Assembly (NCBI GenBank): GCA_965222075.1
Contig: OZ244937.1
Location: 3,168,001-3,232,000 of the forward strand
Direction of reading: 5' to 3'
DNA length: 64,000 nucleotides
Origin: Candidatus Latescibacterota bacterium
GTDB taxonomy: Bacteria > Latescibacterota > UBA2968 > GCA-2709665
Positions 61,661 to 64,000 of the stretch are shown piece after piece. The position numbers and the translations under genes are program-made. The notes under the pieces were generated by a model that saw only the letters and a list, made by a program, of their open reading frames with translations, was not told the DNA's origin and did not search any database. Within the stretch, counting starts at the first letter, position 1; every line of letters begins with the position of its first letter.

Positions 61661-61814
61661 TGTTGCAAAATGCTCCATGGCAAGCCGCCGGAACGGCCGC
61701 GTTTCCACCGTAACAGGAGCTATAAATGGATGTTTATGAAGGACTTATGGGAAATATACGAGAGGGAAGTAGAGGATTTGGTGCAATTTGCAACGGAAGG
61801 CGCGTTTTGCAACA
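61661..61814. promoter_or_regulatory. Candidate enhancer (bEBP binding) sites
   Basis: TGTTGCAAAATGC (61661), GTGCAATTTGCAAC (61781) and GCGTTTTGCAACA (61802), 80-230 bp upstream of the sigma-54 site. Confidence 0.5.
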
Positions 61815-62012
61815 CGTTTGCAGCGGCACGCCGGATTCGGGAGCCCCTTGCGAGGCGTATGGAACCTGCATCGGTCCGACGGTGCCCGTGGGAGGGCGAG
61901 ACCTGCCGGCGTCCGCGTTACAGCCAGACGCCCGCGGTTCGATCCGGCGGCTTTTTTCGGGCGCGGACGTTCAGTCTCGAAAGGCCGACAAGACGCGGAT
62001 CGAACCGTTTTG

Positions 62013-64000
62013 TCATTGGTTATTCTGTCGTTGCGTGGGGGCGACCGAGGAAAGCGGCAGGGTCACGCGCATGGTCGCTCCCCTTCCGGTTCCCTCGCTC
62101 AACGGCTGAATGCTCCCTCCGAGGGCAATGACAAAATTGGCCGCGGAATGGAGACCAAGCCCGCTCCCCGATTCTTTCGTCGTGTAACCGGGTGAAAAAA
62201 GCACCCTGGTGTCCTGGTTGCCGATGCCGATGCCGTTGTCGATCACCTCAAGGTAGAGAGATTCCGATCCGGCGCTGGCCCTGATCCGGATGCGGGGCGT
62301 TTCGTCGAGTCCCTGCGCGGCGGCAAGTTCATCGATGGCTTCGAGCGAATTTTTGACCAGGTTGACCAGCATCTGGTGAAACTGGCTCTCCTGGATGCAA
62401 ATCTCCCGCGGCGCATCTTCACAGTCGACGGTTACCTGGATGCCCCTCTTGTTGATGGAGTCCCTCAACACCCTGACGGCGCCCGAGAGCGCGTCGTGCA
62501 GGTCCACATCCTTGCGATCCATGCTGCTGGGACTGGCGAGCGCCTTCTGCGTGCGGACGATATCGGCGATATGGTTGGCCCGGTCCCGGACGCGGGCCAC
62601 GGTCTTCATCAGCTCTTCGTTCCGGCTGGAGAGGCTTTCCGCGAGTTCGACGATGAACGGCATCACCTTGCGGCCCTGAGGGTCGTTCGCGATATAGTCG
62701 ATCCAGTCCTCCCGGTGCGCCCGCACCGCCGCGGCCAGCGCGAAGAGACGGCGTACCACCGGGTCGTTCACCAGGTTGCGGCGCACGGTCTCGATGCCCG
62801 TGGTGACGCTGTTGATCGCGTTGCCGATGTTGTGGAGAATGGTATCCACGATCTCCAGCCGCCCCTGCGCGAAGGCTTGCGCCAGCGCCTCCTCGGCCAG
62901 CACGCGCTCGGTGACGTCGCGGAAAATGATCACCCCGCCCCCGACCCCGCCGATCTTGTCGAGCAGCGGCCGGGCGCTCACCCGGATATACACGCCGGCC
63001 GGTCGGTTGCGGTTGCGGATGAACACGTCCTCCTCGTCCACCGATTCGCCGTGGTGGATGGCGCGGACCAGCGGCAGATCCTCCGTTTTCATCGGTGTTT
63101 TACGGTTGGGATGGTAAACGCCGTATTTTTCGGCCCACTCATCCAGCGGCCCATCCTTTATGCCCATACCGACGATCTGTTCGGCGCCGGGATTGACGTA
63201 GAGGAATTCCCCTTCCGCATTGGCGACGATGATGCCGTCGCTGATGCTGCTGAAAATGGTCTCGATGAGCCGGGCCTGTTCCTGCTGCAGGGCGCGCGTC
63301 CGTTCCAGCTCGGCCTCCGCCTGCTTGAGCCTGGTGACGTCGCGGATGACGACCATGCCCCCCCCCGGAGCGCCCGGACTGCTCACCAGGGGCCTGCCGG
63401 TGACAGTGATGTAAACCCCTTCCGGCCTCTGCTCGTTGCGTATGAACAGCTCGACCCCGTCGGTGGCCTGGCCCTTCACCGCCAGCAGCAGCGGATTCAG
63501 CTCTTCGCTGAGCACCGTCTTCCCATCGGATTGAAAAACGCCGTAGGTCAGGGGCCAACGGGCGATATCTTTCTCCAGCGGATGATCGCCGCCGATCCGG
63601 CGCCCGCTCGAATTGTGAAACAGAAGCGACCCGTCTTCTCCCATGGCGACCACGCCCTCGCCCATGCTGTTCAGCAAGGTGCCCAGGAGCTGGGTCTGGT
63701 TCCGCTGCAGGGCGAGCGTCTGTTCCAGCTCGGCCTCGGCCCGCTTGAGCCTGGTGACGTCGCGGGCCACCATCAGGGCCTTCGCAGAACCCGCTCCATC
63801 CGGCAGGGGACTGCAGCGGAGGCTGAGATAAAAGCCTTCCGGCTTCTGCTCGTTGCGTATGAACAGCTCGATCTCGTCAGGGGTCTTGCCTTCCAGGGCA
63901 GGGATCAGCGGAAGATCCTCCACGGTGCAAAGCGTTTTTCCATCGGATTTGAAGATGCCGTATTTTTCGGCCCATTTGTGGATGTCCTTTTCCCTCGGGT
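62013..64000 (-). CDS. Multi-PAS sensor histidine kinase; 5' end lies outside the window
   Basis: At least three PAS repeats, ILHNIGN H-box, NLVKN, DNGIG, F..GYTTK and GSGLG boxes. Confidence 0.92.
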   Translation of the reverse strand, partial: PREKDIHKWAEKYGIFKSDGKTLCTVEDLPLIPALEGKTPDEIELFIRNEQKPEGFYLSLRCSPLPDGAGSAKALMVARDVTRLKRAEAELEQTLALQRNQTQLLGTLLNSMGEGVVAMGEDGSLLFHNSSGRRIGGDHPLEKDIARWPLTYGVFQSDGKTVLSEELNPLLLAVKGQATDGVELFIRNEQRPEGVYITVTGRPLVSSPGAPGGGMVVIRDVTRLKQAEAELERTRALQQEQARLIETIFSSISDGIIVANAEGEFLYVNPGAEQIVGMGIKDGPLDEWAEKYGVYHPNRKTPMKTEDLPLVRAIHHGESVDEEDVFIRNRNRPAGVYIRVSARPLLDKIGGVGGGVIIFRDVTERVLAEEALAQAFAQGRLEIVDTILHNIGNAINSVTTGIETVRRNLVNDPVVRRLFALAAAVRAHREDWIDYIANDPQGRKVMPFIVELAESLSSRNEELMKTVARVRDRANHIADIVRTQKALASPSSMDRKDVDLHDALSGAVRVLRDSINKRGIQVTVDCEDAPREICIQESQFHQMLVNLVKNSLEAIDELAAAQGLDETPRIRIRASAGSESLYLEVIDNGIGIGNQDTRVLFSPGYTTKESGSGLGLHSAANFVIALGGSIQPLSEGTGRGATMRVTLPLSSVAPTQRQNNQ

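Overview
GC-rich bacterial window. Dockerin/EF-hand-like tails, FlgD/T9SS-type C-terminal domains and a PorV-like gene point to an FCB-group organism, plausibly Latescibacterota and possibly host- or sponge-associated (inference only). 1-38.6 kb is mostly ordinary chromosome: a sulfatase, an acyl-CoA ligase-ACP-acyltransferase fusion, oxidoreductases, a rhodanese, a TAXI-TRAP/transhydrogenase/SSS run, enolase, a six-gene PorV-led envelope operon, an S41 protease, an ABC pair and a TPP enzyme. 38.6-44.9 kb is a decayed accessory patch next to tRNA-Pro(TGG) with nested palindromic repeats, Doc and HigB toxin remnants and an intact HigA-ImmA antitoxin. 45.5-64 kb is a co-directional minus-strand block: a multi-PAS kinase and a sigma-54 activator (with a consensus -24/-12 promoter) followed by an array of secreted LRR/Fn3/PPC/Calx-beta proteins. 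These proteins are built from near-identical shared DNA modules. Two have conserved leaders that fall out of frame at poly-T tracts, and two are preceded by the same REP-plus-tail element. This array is the best candidate for an undescribed system (a shuffled, possibly phase-variable surface-protein locus), but assembly error in repetitive DNA must be excluded first.
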